Below, in pieces: positions 11,804-25,229 of a stretch of 64,000 nt of DNA. The position numbers and the translations under genes are program-made. The DNA is from Nageia nagi (taxonomy: Eukaryota; Plantae; Pinophyta): assembly GCA_050084985.1 (NCBI GenBank), contig JBITNC010000002.1, positions 13,144,001 through 13,208,000 of the forward strand. The letters run 5' to 3'. Below the pieces are notes generated by a model that saw only the letters and a list, made by a program, of their open reading frames with translations, searched no databases and was not told the DNA's origin. Within the stretch, counting starts at the first letter, position 1. Each line of letters starts with the position of its first letter.

Positions 11804-14800
11804 TATAAGGCCCATTCATAGATTACAAATCAGAATTCTTTAACTCCAAAATTCAAGTATTACATTCAAGATTATATGTATAAATTTAAGAAGAAATAAA
11901 TGTAACTTTCTCTCTAAAATGTTAAATTCCTAATGAAACTTGTAACTTCTTCCAATTACAAATATTAAATATGTATCATACCTACAAACTTATAACACCT
12001 AAAATGTAATAATATTACTATCAACCTTAATACCTAAGGATTAGGTTTCCAATATTCCCCCTTCATTCAAAAGGGATTAAGAAAGAAATGAAAGCAAAAG
12101 TATGTGCATCAAGCTATTTAGAATAATTTTCTCCATTAAAATAATCAATCTCATCAAAAGATCCACCTTAAGGATTAAGTCTAAGTTCCCTCCCTTAATT
12201 TAAAGGGGTCAATGAATACAAAAGTACTCAAATTTCACTATTACATTCTCTAAAGATAGCATGAGTGGAATTAGAATTATTTTCTGCATACGTTGCCTCA
12301 CCTTGGTCTTTATTTTTCTCTTTTTTATTTTCAATCTTGTCCCATGGTGCCCAACAATTTTTGGCATTATGACCTTTTTAATCAATAGGGTTACAAAAAG
12401 AAATAATCTTCTTGTTATAATTTTGTGTAATCCTATTTTCTTTCTTCTTTTCTTTTACCCATAAACTACCTTCTTTAGGATAATATTGATAATAATTCTT
12501 CCATCATTGATTAACATAAAGAGTTTCACTTTCCATATTCTTTCCAAAATCCTTCTCATATTTTCCAATATTTTCAACAAAAAGATCAAATGTAAGAATC
12601 TTCATATTACCATCTACTTGAAGTGATTCAAGATAGTTAGAGTAGGTAGGATAGATAGCTTTGATGTAGGTTGTGAGATCAATATCAAATTTGACACCTA
12701 AAGCATCAAGGCCATGCATGATAGGTTTGATTTTTTAAGCAAGAGCCATGGGGTCACCATCCTTCAACTCAAGGTTCAAGAGTTTCAATTGAATTTGGAT
12801 AAATTCCAAATCAAAGTGAGTACCATACAAGTGCTTCAATTTTTTTAAATATTTCCAAGCATCACATGTAATGGACTTGATGTTGCAGCTAATTTCCTCA
12901 CTCGAGAAGAAATGAAGGGATAATCTTTATTTTTTTTATATTCCATATAGAAAGGTCTTTTGCATCTATTGGCTTAGTAGGTGTCACTATCACAAATACC
13001 ATAACAAAAATCAACAAAAATGAGAGTCTTTAAAAGTTTTCTATGCCATTCTTTCCAATTTTCTTTTCCAGTTAAAAAAAATAACAACTATCAAAATAAA
13101 GGAATACATGTTTGTGAAAAGGTAATTGCCTTCTAGAAATATGTGATCGTGAAAAAAGGACTTGTAAATGTTAGTAATAAAAATGGTACCCAAAAAGAGT
13201 TTAAATGGATTAATAATAAGGTAATATAAATTAAATATTAAAATTTTTAAATAATACAATAATATATTTCAAAATTTAATATTTAACTATTTGTAATATT
13301 ACCCAATTATCAAATAAAAATTAAATGGGTGGAATGGAAAGTGTGACTGGCAATGGAGTGCAGGTAGTTAACACTAGGTGGATGAAGTGGTAGCCAAATG
13401 ATCAACAAGAAGCTTACTACAAAGCAAAATTGGTAGTAACTAGGTAGACATGCATTATTTTGGATGAGCACATTGGCATTCAAGTTAGGTAGGCTTACTA
13501 GAAAAAATGCATGAACGATAGAACAAGTCTAGAGCAATAAATAGGTAGATGTTGGGGTCCAAATAAGAGTGAGGGCTATGAGGTGTGAAGGAGCAGAGCA
13601 TGGTTGGTCTTCAATAACCTGAATGCATTACCTAACATGGTTAGATGATAGATCACATTGAAGTTTGGTGGATGCCCATAATATTTTAGACTATATGATT
13701 AAATGAGATATTTTCTAATAATTTTAGGTTAACAAGGACATGGATTTCCTTAACTATTTCACCAAATGACACAAATTGTAACAATGTACTAACTAGATCA
13801 CTTCACCTTTATAATATTATCTAAATCATGCATTAATATATGAAAGCAGTTCCATGAATAGTTTCACAAAATAGCTCCACTAGGTAGTTAAGTAAGATGT
13901 CAATCACAGCAGGGTACAAGGTTTTTTCATGATATGGTTCCATACAATAACTCCTCAAAATGGAATAATATCTAAACATGAATCATAAATGATCTTTATC
14001 ACACATCACCATCATGAACTTCACCCAAGCTGGTAGTCCAAAAGGAGTTCCCATTCAATAAGGAACTAGCCACAAATTAGGAATGTAGAGCTGAGTAAAC
14101 AAATGCAATCTATCACATATAGTTTCCACCTCACTCAAAATTTCAAACAAATATATTTTTCCTTATATTTCTTCACATGAAATACTAATACATGGAGAGT
14201 GATCAAATATGCAACTTTGGATTGATATGGCATTACTATCATAACACTAGTCAATAAAAACAATCCAACAATATTTATACCACCATTGAAATCATATACA
14301 GCAAGAGGAAAAAAAATAGTTTCACCACAAAAGAAGAAAAATAGTAGAAAACAAAAACCTTTAAAATATATAAAAATTTTGAAGTGAACAGTAGAATAAA
14401 TACACCATGATAACCCTCTAAAATCTTAACCATATAGTTTTAATGGAAATGGGTATCCAAAACATTTTACATAATGCAAAATATATAACCATCTCACAAG
14501 TTATGAATAAAATGTAAGATTGGAGTTTACTCAAATTTGCAAAAAACTCACATAGAAAAATAAAAAAATTATCACACTCTAATACCACTATAAAACCCAT
14601 TCCTAGATTTCAAATGAGAATTCTATAATTCCAAAATTCATGTATTATATTCAATATGACATCTATAAGTTGAAGAAGAAATAAATGTAACTTCCTCTCT
14701 AAAACCCTAACTTCTTACTTACATGTGAGGATCCAAAATGAACCTCAAACCAAATATTAGTAACTCAATAAAAAAAAGCACAAACTAAGGTTCCCAACAT

Positions 14801-17800
14801 CCACAATACCAATGATGGGCCTTTAGGGAAACAAATACACATACAATGCTAATGTCAACCCTCCAAGGCTTCCAAATACACTACACACACAAAAAATGCT
14901 TGCAATGATGATTATATAAGTCTACAACATCAACAATGGCTACAATATGAAAAAATAATATAAACAAATTCCACAAACACACATGAAAAACATAATACTG
15001 AGATCCAATGCCAACAGCTTGTATTATGATATGAGATGAAATACAATACAAACCCTAGCTCCTAGAGCTGGATGTTGGCCTCCAAGGATCAAACTAGGGT
15101 AACACAATATGAAATCCTCATTGAAATGTTATTGAACCATAGGATAGATGCACTCCCTCAAACTTTGAATTCTCTCCACTGAAGGAGCCCTCCTTGAACC
15201 TTGGATATCCATTAAAAGAAGAAGTGTATCCTCAAAATGCCACTAAATGGGCTTGATAATCCACCAAATTCATAGATAGTTAGGATCCCAATTCTTGTCT
15301 ACCCTCTAGATGACCCACCTAAGAAACTTTGCTTAGCACCACTAAGACTTATTGCCCAAAGGTCTAGTATAAGTGTATAATAATCAATTCATCTTGATCA
15401 ATGAGGCCCTCATGTCTATTTATACTTTACATCATGCCTAGTTCTTACCTTAGGATCATCCCAAGCCCATTTAATCCAACATTGGGGTCAAATAGGTCAA
15501 CTATACCAATGTGAGGGTCATAATGGCCCAATATAATGATGTGGGAGTCATAAAGGCCCTTTAAGCTGATGTATGGATCCTGGAGTGCTCAAGTACCAAC
15601 ATGGGGGTGTGGGGCCCTCCCTAATATTATACAAGCATGCTAGTATCCATCCAATCCATAAATGCATCAAAACACTTTGGGATTCCCACAATATGGGATC
15701 TCCAACACAATATGAACCTACCCTACTACTCAAGAGGGAGACATCCCACTTGAGGCTCATAATGGGATCCATAAGACCTATAAAACTCTTATCTCAATTT
15801 TACAATAATAAACTACAAATCACATGAAATAGATATTTATAATACAAACTAACCAAACTATTCCCACTAAAAGGACAAGGGGGATATCACAAAGCCTCCC
15901 CTCTTGAATTGCTTGCCCTCAAGAAATTGTAAGAAATCACAACATCTAGTCTCCTATACATTATCAGTAACTATCATCCGAAGCACATGGTAGCAGAATG
16001 CAACTTCAATATTTACCAATTAGGATGGTGGTGTAGAGTGAACAATCAAAGCTCCATGCTCCCATCTTAGTGCAAGTTGCAAACTCCCTAGTTTTTTATC
16101 ACTATCACTCCTTAGGGATGCTCAATCATAAATCTCCATATCCATGGGAATGTGTACACACTCAGGATGTATTGTACCTATAAAACCCTAGGAAATATAA
16201 ATGTTAACATGGAATAAGTAGAGCCTAAGCTCCCTCCAAGTAGCAATATCTCCTCTAAGATCCACTAAAGATTTCTCAAGCTCCTCATAACCAGTGTAAG
16301 GTAAGAAATCATCTTATCCTCTAGCTCTTGAATCCTCCATGAGGGGAATGTAACCTCCCTCAGTCTAAATGATGGGTACACACCATCCTGATACTTCTAA
16401 TCAACAATCTTAACCTCCCTAAGCCTTAGCATGGGGTGTCTATTAATATGACACCTCTCAATAATAGCTCTCACCTCCTCAAACCTCAATGTGGGGCTCC
16501 AATCCTCCTAGATGTGTAACATGGTAGGACAAGCTCTCTAGAAGTCTAACATAGGTGGCCTAGGCACCTTCATACCCAATGTTAGTTACCAAGCCTTGAG
16601 TGACTCCAACTTGGGGATCCCAACTCTCCCATGCTACAATGTGAGCCTTCTTGGACCCTCATTCAATGATGTAACCTTTCCTTTAGTTTCCTCCTTCATA
16701 TGCCATTCAATTTGCACCAATAGAAACCATAAATTTCATCCCCTGTAAGGCTAGATGATATATTTGTACTTTGTCATAGTAGAAAAGAAGAATTCTTCTA
16801 TTAGAAGAATATTTTATTCCATTTCAAATTTTGATCTAATGAAAGTAACTAGATTATAAAGTATCAATAGTTTCAAATTTAAATATGATCTCTTTCAAGT
16901 AGCAACTAGTTTAGGACTCCATTTGCTAGCTTCATGAATCACTCTCTAAGAGACTATTATTTGCATGTGAATTATCTTCTTGTATGCCCTATAACGTATG
17001 CACATTACCATCTACTTTGAAACTCATTATGAGTATTTGATATTTAGTATGAATATCACCCAAATTGAATAGCCACTACACTCCAAGGATGATTTGAGGA
17101 TGTACCTTTAAGGGGTAGAGGTAAAAATCCTCTCTTACCATATAGCTCTGCAACCTCATCCCAAATCATTCCATGATGTGGTCTACCAGTGTGAGTTTCC
17201 CATTAGTGTTGGAAACTTGGAATCCTTCAAACCCCTTGGTATTTAGGTTCTTTGTCTTACCAAATCTAATATAAATGAAGTTGTGGGATGCTCTAGGGTT
17301 AATCATCACCATCACATCCTGGCCACATACTTGCCCCATGATCTTCAATGTTAGGAACTTATTCACTCCATGGAGTGAATAGATCATTCTCTCTAACATT
17401 CCCTTAGCTCATAGTGATCTGGAATCCTCCATAATTTATCATAATTTCATATCCAAGTCCCTTGAATATTCATCTATCATATCCTCAATTAAGTGCACCT
17501 ATCCCTTCCCCAAAAAATAGTGCTTAGGCTCCCAATTCTTCTTACAATAGAAGCACTTGCCTTCCTCTTGCATCTTCTTCCATGTAGCTACATCCAACTG
17601 GTCCATCTTGGATGGTGGAGGCATATTGGCCTTGCTATGCCACTCAATAGATGGCTTCTTATTCATTGGCCCCTTGAAAATTGGCCTTCCCTTAAGGGAT
17701 TTCTTAGTAGGCTCTAAATCATAGGTTGCTTGGATCACATCATCAAAGCCTCTTGGAGAGGATACCTTGACCATTCCTCTCAGAGATTCCACCAAACCCT

Positions 17801-20800
17801 CAATGAAGAGGAATGTCAATCTCTCCTCTAAAATGCAATGGATCATAATGGCCAACCTTTGAAACCCTTTCATGAACTCATCCACCATTTTTGTTTTCCT
17901 CAAGGCTATCAAGTATCAGAAGTAATTATTCTCATTCTTCCAATTGAATCTCTTCACTATCCTCTTAGTGAACTCATCAAATGAGGTAATGAGTGAGCAC
18001 CCTTATTTTATCACCCTCTACCACCACCACCCTAGGGCATCATCCTCCAAATGTAATGATGCAAAGTAAATTGCATCCTCCTCCACCATGCTAGGGTTTA
18101 AGGTAAAATATGTCTATAATTAATGCAATCATCCCTTAGCTATCATTTTATTTCCATCAAACATAGGAACTTGCATCTTATTGATCTTGTGCTGCAAATC
18201 CCTCTTATTCTCCCATTAGCCTCTTCAATGATGTTGTCCATGTGTTTTGCCTTCTTTCAATGCTAATAGCTCCAAGTAGCCATTGAATTTAATGTCTCTC
18301 CTCATATTTGGCTCCAACATAGTGTATTCCCTAAAGATTTCATTCAACTCCAACATACCAACCACTTTATGCTTCGAAGCCTCCTCAACCTTCTACCCAA
18401 ACATCAGCTTATATGGTCTCAAAATCATCAATTTTTCTTCTAATTTTCCAACATCCTCCTCTAGGTACCTCCCTAAGAGAGAGTTTTCATGCTATGATGT
18501 GAATGAGAACTCTTGAATTTGGCTTCTGTCTAATCCATCAATCTATGATTATTAGAATCCCAATCCCTCATGCTCCTCATCCTCCTCAAGCTATGTTCAT
18601 AATCAATTTTATCTTTCTTATAAGACTCATCTTTCATATCTCCATATGATCATGGGGTTACTTGCCCTTTCCTAACTTGATGTGGGATATCACAGCTCTC
18701 CCTAGCCTGATGTGGGTCCTCTCTCTCACCCATAGCCCCATGTGCATGGTTTATACCTCCCCTAGCTGGTCTTTGATCCTCTATATCCTCTTGATCATAG
18801 TGATGATCCCTTGGCTATCCTATGACCTATTTTTTGCATCTCTTTTTCACCTTAGGCTCTTTAGGATCTCCCAAAAATATGGATAACTTCTAGATCATGT
18901 TGTTTATATCCTTGGACATGTTGTGCATAGTCAAAATTAACTCATTGAATTTCTATTCAAGAGTGGATTCCCATTTTAGAGTGGGGCTTCTCCTTGGATC
19001 CAATCTCTATCTCTCTCCATATGCCTCATGCATAGCCTCTTCATTGCCAGATAACCTTTCTTTTATAGATTCATTGGCCCATTTCTATCTCTCCTCATTT
19101 TGGATGGCCCAATCTAACACCTCCTCAAATATATCGCTCTTACTAGTGGAAAACATCCCCTTTTTACTAGATTTAGTGTAGTAATGATGAATCCTAGGTC
19201 TCATGCATAGGATGATAAGATATAGGGTCTGATACTACTTATGAGGATCCAAAATGAATCTCAAACCAAATATTAGTAACTCAATAAATAAATGCATAAA
19301 CTAGGGTTCCTAATACTCACAACAAGACTTCCATAATACTAATGATGGGCCTCTAAGGAACCAAATACATATACAATGTTGACATCATCTCTCCAAGGCT
19401 TCTACACATACTACCCACACAATGAATTATCACAATGATGATTATACAAGTCTACAACATCAACAATGGCTACAATATGGAAAACTAACATAAACAAATA
19501 TCACAAACATATATGAACAATACAATACTAATGTCCAATGCACAATGGCCTATATTATGATATGAGATGAAATAAAATACAAACCCTAGCTCCTAGAGCT
19601 AGATGTTGGCCTCCAAGGAGCCAACTAAGGTACAACAATATGAAACCCTCATTTAAATGTTGTAAAACCATAGGGTATATTCACTTCCTCAAACTTTGAA
19701 TCCTCTCCACTAAAGGGGCCCTCCTCAAACCCTAGATATCCACTAAAGGAAGAAGTGTATCCTTGAAATGCCATTGGATGGGCTTGGTGACCCATGAAAG
19801 TTGTATATAGTCAAGATGCTAATGCCTACCTACCCTCTAGATGATCCACCTAAGAAGAGTTGCTTAGCATTGCTAAGACTTATTTCTTGAAGGTCTAATA
19901 TAAATGTATAATAATTAAGTCATCCTAATCAATGAGACCCTTGTATTTATTTATACTTTACATCATGTATGATTTTTAGCTCAGGATCATCCCAGACCCA
20001 TATAATCCAACATTGGGATCAAAGAGGTCAAATATGCCAACATGGGGGTCATAATGACCTAGTGTGCCAATGTGGGGGTCATAAAGGCCTTTTAAGCTGA
20101 TGTAGGGATCCTAGAGTGCTCAAGTGCCAACATGGGGGTATGGGACCCTCCCTAATGTTGGGCAAGCATGCTAGTGTCTATCCAATCCTTAAATGCATCA
20201 ATACATCTTGATATTCCCATAATCCAAGATCTCCAATACAATATGAAGCTACCCTACTAGTCAAGAGGGAAATGTCCCACTTGGGGCTCACAATGGGGTC
20301 CATGGGACAAATAAAACTCATATCCTAGTTTACAACAATAAACTACAAAGCGCATGAAAAAGATATAATACGAGGTGACCAAACTCATCCCACTAAAAGT
20401 ACAAGGGGGATGTCACATGACATTTGAAATTTCTCCCAATTATAAATTCAAAATATTAACTATTTATCATAAATTGAAACTACCAAGAAAATTGTTGAAG
20501 GAAAACAAAAAATACTTCATGGTTTTGGGAGAGGTTTTCTTGTAAAATAGGGAAAAAAATAAAAGTTATTAAAATTTATTTCTCTTACTATGGTTTCTAT
20601 GGTAGAATCAATCATGGTTAAAATTGAAATTTGTATGAAATCCATATGAAATCAGTGCCCAACTTTGTATTAGGTTCTCATGTAGATTTTAGGAAGAATA
20701 TTCTTCCATTTTACAAATTAAACAATGGAAAGATGTTATTGATATTGTTACAAATTTGTAATAACAAGTTTTGGGTAAAAAAACCCATTAATTTAACAAG

Positions 20801-20921
20801 TGGTTTTTTTTTTGTCTCAACCAAAAAATATTAAGTATTTGTCATACCTACAAACTTATAACACCTAAAAATATAATAATAATACTATCAACCTAAAGCT
20901 ATAAGGATTAGGTTTCCAACA
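11804..20921 (-). mobile_element. Non-autonomous Copia-type gag-only LTR element, 5' LTR interrupted by gypsy-derived copy 2
   Basis: Perfect TSD ACAAT (11799-11803 / 20922-20926). LTRs 11804-12054 and 14589-14723 + 20423-20921; PBS 14577-14587; PPT 12055-12064; gag relics ~12300-13090; no pol. Confidence 0.85.
14724..20417 (-). mobile_element. Non-autonomous gypsy-derived LTR element, copy 2 (complete)
   Basis: LTRs 14724-15891 and 19240-20417; TSD TTACA/TGACA; PBS-like 19226-19237; PPT at 15894-15903. Gag (17499-17912, with CFYCKKNWEPKH knuckle) and protease (17166-17399); 30-bp repeats ~16350-16670; no RT/IN. Confidence 0.92.
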
Positions 20922-23900
20922 ACAATATCATAAGAGAATAATAATATAACTAAATTATAATGCAATAGATAGTATAAATATTATTGTAAATTCAAACATA
21001 AGATTATACCATAAGAATAGTGGATTGGTGCCATTTGATGAAAGTTGATAAAAAACATAAAGGTAACACAGTAAATGTAATCATTTCCTAATAAATAATA
21101 AATGTAAATGGCATGGCTATCACTAATCATATCATGGAAAAGATATTTGATATTTGAGGAGTTAAAGGTATTTCTAAATTATTGGTAGAAACTCTAAAAA
21201 TAAGGTATCTTGATTAAAACAAATAAATAAATAAGATATATAAGATTAAGTGTAAATATTCCAATGACAAAAGATGATTGAAAGTAGGGAAAATATCACT
21301 AATATATAACACATGGTGTAAATATAACCTATTGAAAGTAATGGAATACATGAAATAGTAAAAATGTTCATAAAAATAACCAATATTGGACTAAATATTT
21401 GAATTTTATAGAATTTCTTAGTATCCATAAATGAGTCTATAAATAGAGATGCTCCATGGGCAAGAAAACCAAACAAGTGAAACACTTAAGAAATCAACTA
21501 ATAACTTGAGTTGAAATGAAGTGTTTGCATAAGTGTATAAAGTTTAATGTATTGTAAAAAATGTGAATTTTGAGATAAGTATTATAATATACTTACACAC
21601 TAGTTTATACAAATAAGGAGAGCTATGTTGTAATTTGAGACAATTTGACTTGTAAATTCGACCTCAAAAATCAATTTCTAGATCTTTACCCAAAAATGCG
21701 GTGACCTAGTGCATTTCATCATAAACACAATTGTGTTTTACCTTTAGATCATATGTGTCCATATCGATTGCATGAGATCATCTTCACATGCAAGTGTGAC
21801 TCTAGATCATGTGCATTCACCTCAAATATGAGTGTGTTTCCTAAACATATATGTTTTTTATCAATTAAAGTGCATTTCATTAGTATTTTCAATTCATGAG
21901 GTTTTTGTATATTTTGTTAGTTTGTATAAGTATTGTGTGATTTGTTAGATTGTTATCTTCATGTATTTGATGAGTAAGCATAGGTTTAATATTTTCTAAT
22001 TTCTTTGTTGTATTGTTGTGAGATATACAAGTCTATATAATGGATTGAATATTTTAATAGCATAGAATATAAAATATCATAGAATAGCATAGATTGATCA
22101 AGTGTAGAAATCCATTAGGGAGTTGTAGATCCAAGACCTCCATTGTACTAAGGCATTGGTCTATCAAATCATGCTCATATTGTTTATATTAATTTGTAGT
22201 TTATGTGTGATGCTTTTATATTAAATTAATATTACTTCAAGTTGCTTCATGGTTCAATGTAGAATTTGGTTAAAGCCAAACTTAAGATCTTGGGAGTAAT
22301 ATCCAGCTCATATATTGTATGTAATTGCTTATGCTGGTTATGTTGAGTTTGCATTAATCTTATCAAGATTATTGCATTGGTAAAAATGAATTTCATCAAT
22401 TATTTATGTAGTCAATTTATTAATATTCTACATGTGGTATCAGAGCTAAGTTGGAGAGTGTGGTTCTAAATCTTGGTTATGGATTTCTTGTAGATGTTTG
22501 TCAAGTCTCTACAAATTTGATTATTTGTTATTCTTGGTATGATGGCTAACAATTACTATGAGTTACAAGTTCTAAAGTTTGATGGAGAGGATTATATTTT
22601 TTAGAACATCAAAATGAATACATTCTTGATTGTCAAAAGGCTTTGGGACATTGTTTTTAATGGGCATAAGGAACCAAAATATTGGAGCAAATTGCATGGA
22701 GAAGAAAGAAGAGAGAAGAAGGACCAACAACATCAAAATTTCTTGGCCCTTCTTGAAATAAGAAAAGGTATTAAAAGAAATATTTTCCCACTCATTTCTA
22801 GTTGTGCAATAGCTATGAATGGATGGAAAATATTTCAAAATATTTTTATGAATGATTGTGAGCTTGTGTGTGATAATCAAAAAGATTATATGAACAAGGA
22901 AGAGCCTTAAATTTTTAAGAGATTTGTAATGAATATTGTATGGAGCATTGTGAAAATATTTTCATAGAAGAGAGATATGTTGATGAAGACATGTATTGTT
23001 TAAAAGGTATGAGAAATTATGATGAAAAAAAATTTCTTATAGAGGAAGAAAAGGAAAATATGTGTGTTGAAGAATCTCTTTCTATTAATGAGCAAGAACA
23101 AATGAGTGTGACATGCTTACAAAGCATGTACAATGATGAAAAATATGAATAATGTATCTTTGGGTAGATAATTGTTGAGGAGAAATCATCTCAAAATTTA
23201 TTTGGTAGAGCATGTCTCATGGAGGAGGCATCAAATCATAATGTTTTTGAAGAGCAAGCAATTCTCATGGAGGATAATGTTGAAGATCCAAATTATTGGG
23301 AAAATAATGATTTTTTTTTAATAAAGTAAACCTAGAAATTGTAAATAATGGAGCAATATTTTTCATGAAATAATGTTATCTTGCGTATGTATAAGAGCAT
23401 TCATCAAGAATGGATGGTTTCTTTATTGGAAAAGAAAATAAAGAAGAAAAAAAACTCACAATGGAGTGTTGTTTGTTTGATAAAGACCATCTATATAAAA
23501 TGGATGGATTAGATTTTGAAGGCCACTTAGATGAAGTGGATTATTTATTTGCGGACCATTTGATTGGAATGTAATGTTGCTTTATTGAAGACCATACACA
23601 TGGGGTGAATGGATATTTGGAAACTAAGTCATTTGGAGTGAATGATGATTATATTGAAGAGGCAATATGGGATATTGATCAAAGAGAGGTCATAGATGAA
23701 GATGAGAAGAAAGTTGTCAACTTTATGTTTGAATTATATGGAGAATATTACTTATCAAGAGTGAAGATTATTTTATGTGAATAATAATATATCATTTATG
23801 AGATAAAAAATGAAATATTAATTGAAGAGATTGATGATATTCAAGTTGTAATGACTATGGAGATCACTCACATTGATTGATAAAAATAAAGAATGTGAGT

Positions 23901-25229
23901 CATCTCATGGAGGCAACATTGTGCAAAAAGGAACCATGGAGGTTTCTTACTATGAATGAAGAAATAATTATTTCAAAATAAAAAACAAGGGAAATAATAA
24001 AGGATCCTACTCAATACATCAAATAAGAGGTGATGTTTTCTTGTTTGATATTGATTTGCTTACTGATGATTTTTTGAGTAGATATTTTGTAGATAGTTTT
24101 GGGAATTTTGTTGTGAATTAGGAAGATGTTGAATCTCTTACCAAGGCATCATTTAAAAATAAAGCCATATTTGAGGATTATCTTATAAATATAACCTTGA
24201 AGAAGAGTCTTCTTGGACTGAAGACAATAGTAGGTAACTTGGGTCTCTTGAACTCAAGAAAAAATAGTGTTGATCACTTATGTAATGTTTTAAAATTTTA
24301 TTAGAAGGAATCATGTACAAAAAGTGATAATGAGTGACTATTTTTGTAAGGTTACATATGTAATTAGTCATTTTATGGATATTTATTGTTTGAAATTTGT
24401 GTAGAAAATTATGAAATTGTAGTGTAGTTTAATCATCTACATGAGATGGTTAATTTTTGTAAATACTCAAGAAGAGTTTCTAGAAAATGAATATTATTTA
24501 AATACCATAATGTAAATGGTGATCATGTGCAAGATTGGTTGATGAGAACAAATAGTTTTGGCTTTGTGAGAATGTTAATTGAAGAGTTGTTTGATGAAGA
24601 GGGATTTGATCATCAAATAGAACTCAGCTATTTGTAGGTAGAAGAAATAGAGATGGATGATAGCCCACATGGAGAGTGGAAGGAGTGCCAACACTAATTT
24701 TTTATTTTTTTATTTTCTAATTCAAAATTGGAGGAAACAAAAAAAGGATATGTTTCTTCCAATCTATGATACTTCTAAACTCTTGGAATGAGGTCTTTCA
24801 ACATCAAGGAGGAGAATGTTAGAATTTGAGATAGTTTGACTTACAAATTCAACCTCAAAATTTAATTTATAGATATCTACATAAAAATTTGGTGACCCAA
24901 TGCATTTCATCATAAATAGAACTACATTTCACCTTTAGATTACAATCATCTATACCGATCACATGTGATCATATCCAAATGTAGGTGCGATTCCAAATTG
25001 TATGTGTTTTCTAAATGTATGTTTATTTTATCAATGAAAGTGTGTTTCATCAGTATTTTCAATTCATAAGATTTTGGCATATTTTGTTAGTTTGTATCAG
25101 TATTGTATGGTTTGTTAGATTGTTATCTTCATGTATTCAATGAGTAAGCATAGGCTTAATATTTTCTAACTTCTTTGTTGTATTGTAGTGAGATCTACAA
25201 GTCTATATAATGCATTGAATACTATAATA

